From Macrostomum lignano (taxonomy: Eukaryota), in the NCBI GenBank assembly GCA_002269645.1, contig NIVC01002008.1:31489-83259 (forward strand): a stretch of DNA of 51,771 nucleotides, in the 5' to 3' direction. The notes beneath the pieces were generated by a model that did not search any database, had not been told where the DNA came from, and saw nothing but the letters and a program-made list of their open reading frames with translations. Made by a program: the position numbers and the translations under genes. This document shows positions 12,134 through 24,097 of this stretch, in pieces (within the stretch, counting starts at the first letter, position 1; each line of letters opens with the position of its first letter).

Positions 12134-15100
12134 ATGCTCAACTGTCTGATCTTCATCAACTCGCTGGCTTTCGTCGCGGGAGGCTTCATCATCTGCCTCG
12201 GAGTCTGGATCCTTCTGGCCACGGACTCGCTGATGCAAACATTGGCCTCGTTTGACAAGTCGCTAAAATCAGGCATCTCAATTGAGAAACTGTTCGACAT
12301 TATCGAGGCCAAAGGTCTCGTAAGAACGATCGCCTTCGTCACCATTGGCGGGGGTGGCATTGCTATGCTTGTCGCTTCTACCGGCATCTTGGCGGTCCTC
12401 AAGCGGAGCAGGGCTCTTGGAATCTCTGTAAGTGAGAGGAGCTGGGCTGTCTGTCTTATGGATAGTACATGATCATGTGGGTGATGAAACTATAGATGGA
12501 GGAGACTGAGAGAGCCAGGGAATAATGAGCCTTTTTAGAGCCAGAAGCCGGGTTGTGTGCACTCTGGCGCACTTTAAGTGACATTGTCACACAACATGCG
12601 AGAGGCATACTGCCCATTCCGCCGACTCCCCTGAGCAGGCAACACTCACACAGGGGCCCTAACTATTAATCGTTAGGCATGTACACTTCACTGTGCCTTG
12701 GGGGTTGGCCCATCAAGGGCGTTTATTGCACGAGCAGAGCCCTGTCGAGATTCCAATTTAACCCCAAAATTAATGCGACTGCACTTGGAATCGAGCCTGG
12801 GCCGCTGGCACATCAGAGCACCCCGCCAGACCACTGGCTACGGCCCCATCCCTTGAATCATGAGCTAACGTACATATGTTCACAAATGGGAGAGCAGAGC
12901 TTCAAGCAAAGGCATAATCTAGTTTACATGCAGTAATACAGTAAATAATCCACCCCCACTGCAGTACAAGCTGGTCCTCCTGTGCCTGCTGGCGGGCCAG
13001 ATGATCTTCACAGCCGTTCTGTTGCTGAAGAAGCCGACTATAGAGAAGCAGATGCGCATTATGCTGCTGAAGGCCCAGGCCAAATATTTCGTGGCTCGCA
13101 CGCAATATTTTAATCAGACTGGAGACTTGCGCATTTCTCACACGCGCTTCTTTGAGCACATGCATATTTCAGTGAGAAAATGCTTTGTTATATTGAACTA
13201 CGTAGTTGACTCAACGCGTTCGATGCCAACGCAGCCAGCAGAGAGGATTGAGACAAAATTGAACGAATATGGCACACATTCACAGGGTGAAAAGACTTGC
13301 TTTTTCTCGCTGACTGCGTAGGCCAAGGACAACTATAGTACTAATAACCGGACGTAAAACTCCAAGACCCTGTAGTTTTTAGGAGGCCAATTTCCTGGAA
13401 AAAATACACTGCGGAGATAGGAAAAAATTTCTATCACAAAATCAATTATTGCAGTTGACCAGGGGCGGTGAAGATTACATTCCTTTATAGTTTAGCACGC
13501 ACAACATGTTAATCTGCTGTGTTTCATCTAGTTTTTCTGTGAAAGTTTCATTTTCATCTTGTCCTCCTCTTTTTCTTCCAAGCCGAAGTTGTAAATACTC
13601 ACAGGTGAAATTTTTATTTTCTTCTTTCTTGAAGCAAGCATATTTTGTGATAAAATTGTTAGCAATATTATTTCTCGTATTGTTGTTGACCCAGTCTTTA
13701 GTTAAAAGCTATCAATTTTTGAGCCAAGGCCTGGCTTAGGACTAAGAGTAATGGCATTCACAAGGATTTGGCGATGAAAAATGAAACTATCCCATCTTTG
13801 CAATGTATTTTTTTGAGGAAATTGGCCTCCTAAAATTTCACGATCTTTGAGATTTGAGCCATTGACCCCTAAGCGTTTGCTACAGCAAGCCAAGTTGTGT
13901 AATCTGTATTGTCATCGCAACAGCATCAGTTAAAAAAGTTACAAAATAAGCACCGATCTTCTTCCACTGCTCATATCGCCCCATACTGCGAACTCAACTT
14001 GATTCCCAGTTCAAATGCTGCGGCGTTGCGAAGCCGCACGACATCGTGAAGAGCGCCAGCTACCAGAGATCGCGAACACGCGACCCGGACTTCAATGAGG
14101 TTCTGCCTGCCAGCTGCTGCAAAATAAGCAACCGAGGTGAAGCACTCGCTGATTTGGCACCGCTAATGCTGGTTGATGAAAACTGCCCGCTTACAGAAAA
14201 CAGCACCAGCATGTACACTCAGGCAAGTTGGCTCACATGGGAATCTGTGCCTACCTTCTTCCACAGATTCCCATTCCTTCTTCCTGCTCTCTTCCCTCCA
14301 CTGCTCTCTTCCCTCCCCTGATCTCTTCCCTCCCCTGCTCTCTTCCCTCCCCTGCTCTCTTCCCTCCCCTGCTCTTTTCCTTCCCCTGCTCTCTTCCCTC
14401 CCCTGCTCTCTTCCCTCCCCTGCTCTCTTCCCTCCCCTGCTCTCTTCCCTCCCCTGCTCTCTTCCCTCCCCTGCTCTCTTTCCTCCCCTGCTCTCTTCCT
14501 TCCCCTGCTCTCTTCCCTCCCCTGCTCTCTTCCCTCCCCTGCTCTCTTCCCTCCCCTGCTCTCTTCCCTCCCCTGCTCTCTTCCTTCCCCTGCTCTCTTC
14601 CCTCCCCTGCTCTCTTCCCTCCCCTGCTCTCTTCCCTCCCCTGCTCTCTTCCCTCCCCTGCTCTTTTCCTTCCCCTGCTCTCTTCCCTCCCCTGCTCTCT
14701 TCCCTCCCCTGCTCTCTTCCCTCCCCTGCTCTCTTCCCTCCCATTCTCTCTTCCCTCCCCTGCTCTCTTCCCTCCCCTGCTCTCTTCCCTCTCCTGCTCT
14801 TTTCCCTCTCCTGCTCTTTTCCCTCCCCTGCTCTTTTCCCTCTCCTGCTCTTTTCCCTCCCCTGCTCTCTTCCCTCCCCTGCTCTTTTCCTTCTCCTGCT
14901 CTCTTCTCTCCCCTGCTCTCTTCCCTCCCCTGCTCTTTTCCTTCTCCTGCTCTTTTCCCTCTCCTGCTCTTTTCCCTCCCCTGCTCTCTTCCCTCCCCTG
15001 CTCTTTTCCTTCCCCTGCTCTCTTCCCTCCCATTCTCTCTTCCCTCCCCTGCTCTCTTCCCTCCCCTGCTCTCTTCCCTCCCCTGCTCTCTTCCCTCCCC

Positions 15101-16789
15101 TGCTCTTTTCCTTCCCCTGCTCTCTTCTCTCCCCTGCTCTCTTCCCTCCCCTGCTCTTTTCCTTCTCCTGCTCTTTTCCCTCCCTGCTCTCTTCCCTCCC
15201 ATTCTCTCTTCCCTCCCCTGCTCTCTTCCTTCCCCTGCTCTTTTCCCTCTCCTGCTCTTTTCCCTCCCCTGCTCTTTTCCTTCTCCTGCTCTTTTCCCTC
15301 TCCTGCTCTTTTCCCTCCCCTGCTCTCTTCCCTCCCCTGCTCTTTTCCTTCCCCTGCTCTCTTCCCTCCCCTGCTCTCTTCCCTCCCCTGCTCTTTTCCT
15401 TCCCCTGCTCTCTTCTCTCCCCTGCTCTCTTCCCTCCCCTGCTCTTTTCCTTCCCCTGCTCTCTTCTCTCCCCTGCTCTCTTCCCTCCCCTGCTCTTTTC
15501 CTTCTCCTGCTCTTTTCCCTCCCTGCTCTCTTCCCTCCCATTCTCTCTTCCCTCCCCTGCTCTCTTCCCTCCCCTGCTCTCTTCTCTCCCCTGCTCTCTT
15601 CCCTCCCCTGCTCAGATCGCAACAACTCAGATCGAAGCAAAGAAATTTAGCCAAATGCTTTTTGATGATCTCAGCATCTTTGATGAAGCTGGTATCTGTT
15701 GCACAGAGTCAAAGACAGAGACACAGTCACTGTCACTTGAAATAGTCAACTGTCTATTCATGCAATGCATTCATCTCAACACCTCTCGCGTGCATGTCTG
15801 CAGCCCTGCATCGCTCCAGTGTCGCGACTGGTTGACAAGCTGACTCTGCCTGGCCTCATCATGAGCGGCATCTTCATCTTGGTACTGGTGAGTGCTTTGA
15901 TTTGCTATAACACCCCTAGCTTAACATGGGCCGCTGGAGTAGCTCAGGGGTCAACTCTAAACTCTTGACTCTAGGGGGGACACTTTCATAAACCCAAAAT
16001 TTCACAAAGCCAAAATTTCACAACATCGAAATACACTACACGTTGTGAACTTTCGGGTTTGTGAAGTCTCCTATCTCTCCAGTGAGCTTTCGGGTTTGTG
16101 AAGTCTCCTATCTCTCCAGTGAGCTTTCGGGTTTGTGAAGTCTCCTATCTCTCCAGTGAACTTCGGGTTTGTGAAGTCTCCTATCTCTCCAGTGAGCTTT
16201 CGGGTTTGTGAAGTCTCCTATCTCTCCAGTGAGCTTTCGGGTTTGTGAAGTCTCCTATCTCTCCAGTGAGCTTTCGGGTTTGTGAAGTCTCCTAACTTTC
16301 CAGTGATTTTCGGGTTTGTGAAGTCTCCTAACTTTCCAGTGATTTTCGGGTTTGTGAAGTCTCCTATCTCTCCAGTGATTTTCGGGTTTGTGAAGTCTCC
16401 TATCTCTCCAGTGATTTTCGGGTTTGTGAAGTCTCCTATCTCTCCAGTGTACTTTCGACGTTGTGAACTTTGAAAAAATTATCAAATTAATAAAGCAGCT
16501 CAATGTGCGCAAAATTGAAGGCTTCTGCAGCCGGCATGATTGCCGCTCAACTATGCAACGGATTCGACGACTTCGACTCGGACTCGTATTCGGACTCGGA
16601 CTCAGACTCCGACTGATGCAGTTTCAGAATCCACTGCGCTGTGCTCTGGTGCGCCAGACTAAGCTCATGGTTGCTTGCTGGCGAGAAGGGAGCGCAAAAT
16701 GGATTTTTATTTAGCAATTTTTATTACCGATCAGTTATCGAAGCAGCCGTGTGCGAGGCGGTTGGCCAGGTGCCAGCTGTCAACTCTGA
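12134..16789 (+). CDS. Divergent tetraspanin (Tspan-A), 5 exons, ~290 aa
   Basis: Exons 12134-12427, 12965-13171, 14010-14222 (GC donor), 15804-15887 and a probable last exon 16715-16789 with AATAAA at 16806-16811. Four hydrophobic segments; EC2 motifs FKCCG, LPASCC, CPL, PC. The start codon and last exon are less certain. Confidence 0.8.
12553..12847 (-). mobile_element. tRNA-derived SINE copy in Tspan-A intron 1
   Basis: Minus-strand head GGGGCCGTAGCCAGTGG (A box) ... GGCTCGATTCC (B box). The body is shared with copies at 43047-43190 and 49666-50000. Confidence 0.8.
13366..13845. mobile_element. Degenerate MITE-like element with ~75-bp imperfect inverted repeats in Tspan-A intron 2
   Basis: TTTTAGGAGGCCAATTTCCTGGAAAAAATACA (~13377-13408) is near-complementary to TGTATTTTTTTGAGGAAATTGGCCTCCTAAAA (~13804-13835). 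No TSD identified. Confidence 0.55.
14270..15612. repeat. 17-nt polypyrimidine minisatellite CTCTTCCCTCCCCTGCT in Tspan-A intron 3
   Basis: Directly visible. Source of the spurious long S/P/L/F and G/R/E ORFs. Confidence 0.95.
16045..16450. repeat. 36-37-nt minisatellite AGTGAGCTTTCGGGTTTGTGAAGTCTCCTATCTCTCC in Tspan-A intron 4
   Basis: Directly visible, ~11 copies. Confidence 0.95.
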
Positions 16790-17493
16790 TAGAATTATTT
16801 TAAATAATAAACCGAAGTTGTAATACTTTGTACAGCAGACTATGAAACTATGAAATATTAATTTGAATAATTCCTTATTTACTATATTTGCATTAATGGC
16901 AAAAGCACCTGTTGAGAATCCTCGCTGTTTTGTCATTTGGCTTTCCTTGCATGCAACAAGTGAACAAAATGCTACATTTTTCTTTTCTTATTACTGCTCA
17001 ATTGAAGAATATACTTCTCTGTGTAATTTTGTAGCTCAGAAAATAGCAGCATCAATGCGAGATACTTAAATGTCGTATAAGAAAGTCACAGAGACGCTGG
17101 GAGCTCTCTCATACTGTGAGTTGGCACCCGATGAGTTTACAGCGGGAAAGCAATTTTAACCAGTAGTCACCGAAACCGCGGACCAACAATTCCGTAAGAA
17201 GAAAAGAGAGAAAATTAAAACAAAACCGCAAATCAAAGCGCAGGATTCCTGAAATTTTGCTATTGTGGTCAGCAAAGTATCAGGAATCCTCATTTTTAGA
17301 TGAGTTGCAATTTTCCATGACCAGAGAGTATAATACATGGTGTACTTTTACCGTAACTTAATTTACGTGGTATTAAATATATCGAATAAACTAAAAGTCT
17401 GAATATCATTGACTTAGTCAGTAGTATCAATAAGTAGCATATAGTTGATTGCTTTATTCTTCAATAACATTTTGCTCATAGAAGCTTCACCGA

Positions 17494-20400
17494 TCACTGC
17501 TTGGCATAGGACACGTCGTTCTCAATGGCCTTGATGAGGCAGCATGCGAACAAAATGCCGAGAATCTGGAATTTTTTTCAGAATTTTTGTCACTCATCAA
17601 TATCCTCTGTCACTCCTCAATATCCTCTGTCACTCCTCAATATCCTCTGTCACTCCTCAATATCTTCTGTCACTCATCAATATCCTCTGTCACTCCTCAA
17701 TATCTTCTGTCACTCATCAATATCCTATGTCACTCCTCAATATCCTCTGTCACTCCTCAATATCTTCTGTCACTCATCAATATCCTCTGTCACTCCTCAA
17801 TATCCTCTGTCACTCATCAATATCTTCTGTCACTCATCAATATCTTCTGTCACTCCTCAATATCTTCTGTCACTCATCAATATCCTATGTCACTCCTCAA
17901 TATCTTCTGTCACTCATCAATATCCTATGTCACTCCTCAATATCCTCTGTCACTCCTCAATATCTTCTGTCACTCATCAATATCCTCTGTCACTCCTCAA
18001 TATCCTATGTCACTTCTCAATATCCTCTCCGTCACTCCTCAATATCCTCCGTCACTCTTCAATATCATCTCTGTCACTTTTCAATTTCCTCTGTCACAGT
18101 TCAATATCCTCTGTCACTCTTCAATATCATCTCTGTCACTACTCAATATCCTCTGTCACTCCTCAATATCCTCTGTCACTTTTCAATATCCTCTGTCACT
18201 CCTCAATATCCTCTGTCACTCCTCAATATCTTCTGTCACTCATCAATATCCTCTGTCACTCCTCAATATCCTCTGTCACTCCTCAATAACCTCTGTCTCT
18301 TATCTGTCACCCCGCAATCATATCTGTCACTCCGCAATCATATCTGTCACTCCTCAATCATATCTGTCACTCTGCAATCATATCTGTCACTTCTCAATCT
18401 TATCTGTCACTCCGCAATCTTATCTGTCACTCCTCAATCATATCTGGCACTCCGCAATCATATCTGTCACTCCGCAATCATATCTGGCACCGCAATCATA
18501 TCTGGCACTCCGCAATCATATCTGGCACTCCGCAATCATATCTGGCACTCCGCAATCATATCTGTCACTCCTCAATCATATCTGTCACTCCGCAATCATA
18601 TCTGTCACTCCGCAATCATATCTGTCACTCCTCAATCATATCTGTCACTCTGCAATCATATCTGTCACTTCTCAATCTTATCTGTCACTCCGCAATCTTA
18701 TCTGTCACTCCTCAATCTTATCTGTCACTCCGCAATCTTATCTGTCACTCCTCAATCATATCTGGCACTCCGAAATCATATCTGTCACTCCGCAATCATA
18801 TCTGGCACCGCAATCATATCTGGCACTCCGCAATCATATCTGGCACTCCGCAATCATATCTGGCACTCCGCAATCATATCTGTCACTCCTCAATCATATC
18901 TGTCACTCTGCAATCATATCTGTCACTCCTCAATCATATCTGTCACTCTGCAATCATATCTGTCACTTCTCAATCTTATCTGTCACTCCGCAATCTTATC
19001 TGTCACTCCTCAATCATATCTGGCACTCCGCAATCATATCTGTCACTCCGCAATCATATCTGGCACCGCAATCATATCTGGCACTCCGCAATCATATCTG
19101 GCACTCCGCAATCATATCTGGCACTCCGCAATCATATCTGTCACTCCTCAATCATATCTGTCACTCCGCAATCATATCTGTCACTCCGCAATCATATCTG
19201 TCACTCCGCAATCATATCTGGCACCGCAATCATATCTGGCACTCCGCAATCATATCTGGCACTCCGCAATCATATCTGGCACTCCGCAATCATATCTGTC
19301 ACTCCGCAATCTTATCTGGCACTCACCTCGAACAGGCCGATTGCGACGCAGATTATAATGATGGGCTTTGAGTACTGGCTCACGTACTCCAGCAGGCTGT
19401 TGTAGCAAGTCTGCTCGGAATTCGAAAGTTTGAAGTTTTTGAGTAAGAATTCGTTTCACAAATTTTTAAAATGCCCCTCGAGGAATCCCACCAGTTGGTC
19501 AGCCTTAAAGGCAGCAGTTCTCAGGAAGGCGTTTGAGCTCTTAGAATGGCGCATCCGTCCTTGAGAATGGCACCACTTTCATTCTCAGAGATCTCTCTTT
19601 CATTCTCAGACATTCTCAGGAAGTCTTTCAGAGATCTGTCTTTCAGAGAGGCTTCTTGTGTGTACTCTGGAATTTTATCAATTTTTGAGTGGTCGCTTTT
19701 AGAATAACACCATTTAGAATGGTGCCCTTTAGAATGGCGCCCTTTAGAATGGCACCCTTTAGAATGGCACCTTTTAGAATGGCGCCCTTTAGAATGGCAC
19801 CTTTTAGAATGGCGCCTTTAGAGTGGCGCCCTTTAGAATGGCACCTTTTAGAATGGCGCCTTTAGAGTGGCGCCTTTTAGAGTGGCGCCCTTTAGAATGG
19901 CGCCCTTTAGAGTGGCGCCCTTTAGAATGGCGCCTTCTAGAATAATGGAAGTCTTTAGAATAGTCCCCCGTAGAAGGGCGCGCCTCTATCCCTGTAACGG
20001 CGCCCTTCTCTTAAAAGTACATCCTGTAAAAGTACATCCTGCAGGCGCCCTTACCGCATTGTTGAGGCCGCCGTTCCCGCCGAGAGGCTTGTAGGGGCAG
20101 CCGGAGTCCTGCAGGTCGTCAGCGAAATTCGTCCAGTTGTAACGCGGGTCCATCACATCGTTTTTCCGGTTTTCGCGCAGGCGGCAGCAGGTGAGCGGCA
20201 CCTTCAGCTCCTTGCCGGCGAAAGTGCGATTAGAGGCGGTCCAGCTGCTGCTGTTGGCGATGTCCCCGATGGTGCGGGCGCCGCAGCATTCGAACTGCAG
20301 GGGGGATTCGGAAAGCGAGTTGAAGTTGAGACATTTCAACTTTGATATATAAGTATGGGGGCCTTATCCATTTCTGATGATTATCTCTGTCACCACTGGT

Positions 20401-22417
20401 GATTATCTCTGCCACCTCTGATGATTATCTCTGCCACCTCTGCTGATTATCTCTGCCACCTCTGATGATTATCTCTGGCTCATCTGATGATTATCTCTGG
20501 CTCATCTGACGATTATCTCAGGCATCTCTAGCGCCCTTGATAATTAGTGGTTCAGGCATCAGCTGCAGCCATCCCCATCCCTGACTCACCATCAGCTGCA
20601 GCCATCCCCATCCCTGACTCACCATCAGCTGCAGCCATCTCCACCCCTGACTCACCATCAGCTGCAGCCATCCCCACCCCTGACTCACGATCAGCTGCAG
20701 CCATCCCCATCCCTGACTCACCATCAGCTGCAGCCATCTCCACCCCTGACTCACCATCAGCTGCAGCCATCTCCACCCCTGACTCACCATCAGCTGCAGC
20801 CATCCCCACCCCTGACTCACCATCAGCTGCAGCCATCCCCATCCCTGACTCACCATCAGCTGCAGCCATCCCCACCCCCGACTCACCATCAGCTGCAGCC
20901 ATCCCCACCTCTGACTCACCATCAGCTGCACATAGTTGATGAGGAAGGTCGCCAGAGCGTTGGCACCGTTGGTCCCCTGCACCCGCAGGTAGTCCGGCAT
21001 GGCAACAAAGAACCGGTTCTGCACGCGGAGCATGCCCGCCTCCGCGCTGTTGCGCACATGGCTCTGGAACACCGCGGCCATGATAGCGGCCGTGATCTCC
21101 AGGACCAGCACCAGGCCGACCAGACCGGCGTACTGCGCAATTTGGGAGTGGTGGGGGCGGGCGGTGGTTGGAGCGCGGCTGTTCAACACTGGCAAGATAA
21201 GAGAAGCAGATATAAAGTGCCGTGCCTGTAAACAGGCACCAGTTGCAATCCGAACGGGTTTGGTAAGTTTGCCGGCTTGAGCAATTTGACATTTGCTTTA
21301 TACGCTCGTAGTGAACATGTGGCTCCGAATCTCTCTGAAGCTTTTTGGCACTGCGCTTTGCTGTTTCTTAGAATTCCACCGATCTGAGCATCGCTCTCCA
21401 TTTTTACCTCATATTTGCTCAACTGCTATCCTTTCGTACCCTTGTAAGAAATTCATATGCACTTCTATGGTGCTTTCGCCCCTCTAATTACCTCCGCAGT
21501 TTCTCTGCTTGTTTTCTTTCTTCCTTAAATGTAATCTGTTTCTCATTCATCCATTCTTCTTCAGATACCCCTTCTCTATACCCTTCCTCTCACCTACCCT
21601 TCCTCTCACCTACCCTTCCTCTCACCTACCCTTCCTCTCACCTACCCTTCCGCTCCCCTACCCTTCCTCTCACCTACCCTTCCTTTCCCCTACCCTTCCT
21701 CTCACCTACCCTTCCGCTCCCCTACCCTTCCTCTCACCTACCCTTTCTCTCACCTACCCTTCCTCTCACCTACCCTTCCTCTCACCTACCCTTCCTCTCC
21801 CCGCCCTCCCTCTCTCCCTGCCTCCCTCACCTTGCTCTCCCTTTCCCCTCCCTTTCTCCATCCCTCCCTCTCAACCGCCCTCCCTCTTCCCCAGCCGTCC
21901 CTCCCCCCACTCGCCCTCTCCTTCGCCCTACTTCTTTCTCTCTCCCTCTCTTCCTGCCTGTCTCACTCATTCTCCCATAGGCATCTCCCCATTCAGACCG
22001 AACTACCAGTTGCATTATTCATGCAGCATGACGCCCATATCAGGCACAGAAAAGCAATGAATTGAGCGGCTCCAAGAGTGTCGGCAGGGCCACCCAGCTC
22101 ACAATCATCAGCAGGCACTTGGACTCCTTCATCGCGCCGCAGCAGCCGCAGAAGCCCACCAGCAGGGTGAACAGTCCCAGGCCAATCAGAACGTAGCCAG
22201 CCGCGGTCACCGCTCCGCTTTGATTGGCTACTGAGCTTATGTCACCTTGATTGGCTCCCTCGGTGACCTGTGAGTCCACCAGGTTGATGAACCTGAACAG
22301 GTCGTTCTTGTTGACGGCCACCCAGATGCCCAGGCCCAAGCTGGCGATGCCGAATATGAAGAAGGCGACGTTGAAGATAAAGAGAATCATCTTGGCAAGG
22401 GAGGTGCTGCAGCCCAT
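17494..22417 (-). CDS. Tetraspanin (Tspan-B), 5 coding exons, ~307 aa
   Basis: Exons 22103-22417, 20920-21132, 20055-20294, 19327-19410 and 17494-17565, all phase 0, GT-AG. Motifs: ILFIFNVAFFIFG..GIW; GFCGCCGAMKESKCLL; QLMFECCG; VPLTCC; GCP; TCY; ILGILFACCL. Minus-strand AATAAA at 17453-17458. Confidence 0.95.
17588..19322. repeat. 20-nt minisatellite filling Tspan-B intron 4; unit shifts from CACTCCTCAATATCCTCTGT to CACTCCGCAATCATATCTG(T/G)
   Basis: Directly visible, with a switch of unit type near 18300. Confidence 0.95.
19720..19935. repeat. 15-16-nt repeat TTTAGAATGGCGCCC in Tspan-B intron 3
   Basis: Directly visible. Confidence 0.9.
20375..20520. repeat. 22-nt repeat CTGATGATTATCTCTGCCACCT in Tspan-B intron 2
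   Basis: Directly visible. Confidence 0.85.
20557..20928 (-). repeat. 33-nt repeat spanning the Tspan-B exon 2 donor (CAGCTGATG|GTGAGTCAGGGGTGGGGATGGCTG), ~11 copies
   Basis: Directly visible. Each unit contains the last 9 exon nt plus the GTGAGT donor. Confidence 0.95.
21570..21900. repeat. 16-nt CTCACCTACCCTTCCT repeat and pyrimidine tract in Tspan-B intron 1
   Basis: Directly visible. Confidence 0.9.
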
Positions 22418-22519
22418 GCTGACTGTCGTGCTGGCGATTCGGCTGGCAAAGTCTGTTGGTTTTTGAATGGCTCAGCGCTGGTGCAAGTGTTCATGCCTGT
22501 GTCTGCCTGTCTGAAATGC

Positions 22520-22940
22520 GCCCTTCAACTGAAATGGCGCCCCTTCAAATGAAATGGCGCCCCTTCAACTGAAATGGCGCCCCTTAAACTGAAATGGCGC
22601 CCCTTCAACTGAAATGGCGCCCCTTCAACTGAAATGGCGCCCCTTCAACTGAAATGGCGCCCCTTCAACTGAAATGGCGCCCCTTCAACTGAAATGGCGC
22701 CCCTTCAACTGAAATGGCGCCCCTTCAACTGAAATGGCGCCCCTTCAACTGAAATGGCGCCCCTTCAACTGAAAAAACGCCTTCTAAAATAAATTGTTGC
22801 CTTTCAGATGAAATGGCGCCGCCTTAAATCAAATGGCGCCCCTCAGATGAAATGGCGCCCCTTTCAAAAGAAATGGCGCCCTCAATGAAATGGCGCCCAC
22901 TCAATGAAATGGAGCCTCTCAGATAAAATGGCGCCCCCTC
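22520..22940. repeat. 20-nt minisatellite CCCTTCAACTGAAATGGCGC in the probable 5'UTR intron of Tspan-B
   Basis: Directly visible. Bounded on the minus strand by donor CAG|GTAAAC (23060) and acceptor TTTCAG (22511). Confidence 0.9.
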
Positions 22941-23104
22941 AACTAAAGTGGCGCCCCAACGTTGCCCCATTAAAACTCCTGACTGAGCCCCTGTCCGGAG
23001 CAATGCATGTGAAATATGAACAGTGTATTTTTAGACAACCAGTAAACAAAGTCTGTTTACCTGCTAAAGTCTCAAAAGCTCTCTCCGAGTGCCGATGGTA
23101 GATT

Positions 23105-23155
23105 CAATAGTGAGGGCGAACGAGAACCGTGCAGTGTTGAGCGGCCTTTATAAGT
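23105..23155 (-). promoter_or_regulatory. Candidate TATA/Inr core promoter of Tspan-B
   Basis: Minus-strand TATAAA at 23147-23152 and an Inr-like TCACT near 23110, just upstream of the donor at 23060. Inference only. Confidence 0.4.
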
Positions 23156-24097
23156 CTGCAAAAATGTCTTGCTTTTGGAGGGCCCAGCCCTCTGCCTCTC
23201 TCCGCCAGCCCTCCCCCAGGAGCCCCAGCAAATCTCCGGATTGCACCGGAATGCGCAACCCCTCTTTTGTGCGCTGCCTTGGAGCCGTTCCGCTGCCATG
23301 CCTCGCACCCCAACCTCAGCTCCCATTGTGCGCAGTGCGCCAAGCCTTCTCTCTCCTTCTCTACCTTGCTGCTCTGCAGTAGTTGAGCACACTAGCGCTC
23401 TCTTTATATAACACCGTTCCAGCATCCAGAGAAGATGATGCTGCAAGCAGTCCGCTCGTAGTCTGCCAGCATCAATTGTGCCTCGTCTCTGCAGTTCCCA
23501 AGCACAGTTGTGGTGTTCGGTAAGAAATCTATTGACTATTCGTAGCATTTGAAAACAAGTTTGAGGGGCTGGGCAAGGGCGGTTCCCTCAAGTACACTCG
23601 GGTTTGGGGAAGTTTCACTAAACTAAAAATTTCTTTTTTTGGCAAAAATTGGCTTTTTCTGAGTCGAGAAAACATGGCACGGCGCGGTGGAGAGGTTGAG
23701 AACAGCTGTGTTTGTCCCCCTCCGGGTTGGGGTCGGGGTTTGGGTTAGAGAATAAGGCACTCGCCAGGGGAGGGAAGACAGTGCGGAGATCTCAGTGCCT
23801 GCAGTTAAGCGCAGATTTTTTATCAATAAATCGATCAACTGCCGAGTCACTCAAGCTGGGCGAGTGGGGGCGACGGCAGAACCGGAACTGCTGCAGCAAT
23901 GCGGGCAGATCATGCAGTTCAGACACGTCCCAGTCAGGCCGTGCACTCGCAGAACTTTGCATTCGCAGTTTAATCTGTTAATCCCCGCTGTGCCGGATTA
24001 ACCACTGACACAGGGCTGCGATTTCTGCCTGTAGGAATTTGTTAATGAAAAGCAAGAGCTCAAACCTGCAACTTCTGCTGTGCTGTGTGCATTTCTA

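Noticed and set aside
14163-15843. ORFs of 467-556 aa on both strands
   Set aside because: Stop-free by-products of the 17-nt CT repeat inside a tetraspanin intron.
16045-16450. CRISPR-like appearance of the 36-37-nt repeats (also 33-40-nt arrays elsewhere)
   Set aside because: Units are directly adjacent with no unique spacers, there are no cas genes, and the context is eukaryotic introns.
17525-19371. ORFs of 594-604 aa
   Set aside because: Translations of the 20-nt intronic array antisense to Tspan-B.
23072-23548. 158-aa minus-strand ORF
   Set aside because: No recognisable motif; it overlaps the inferred Tspan-B promoter.
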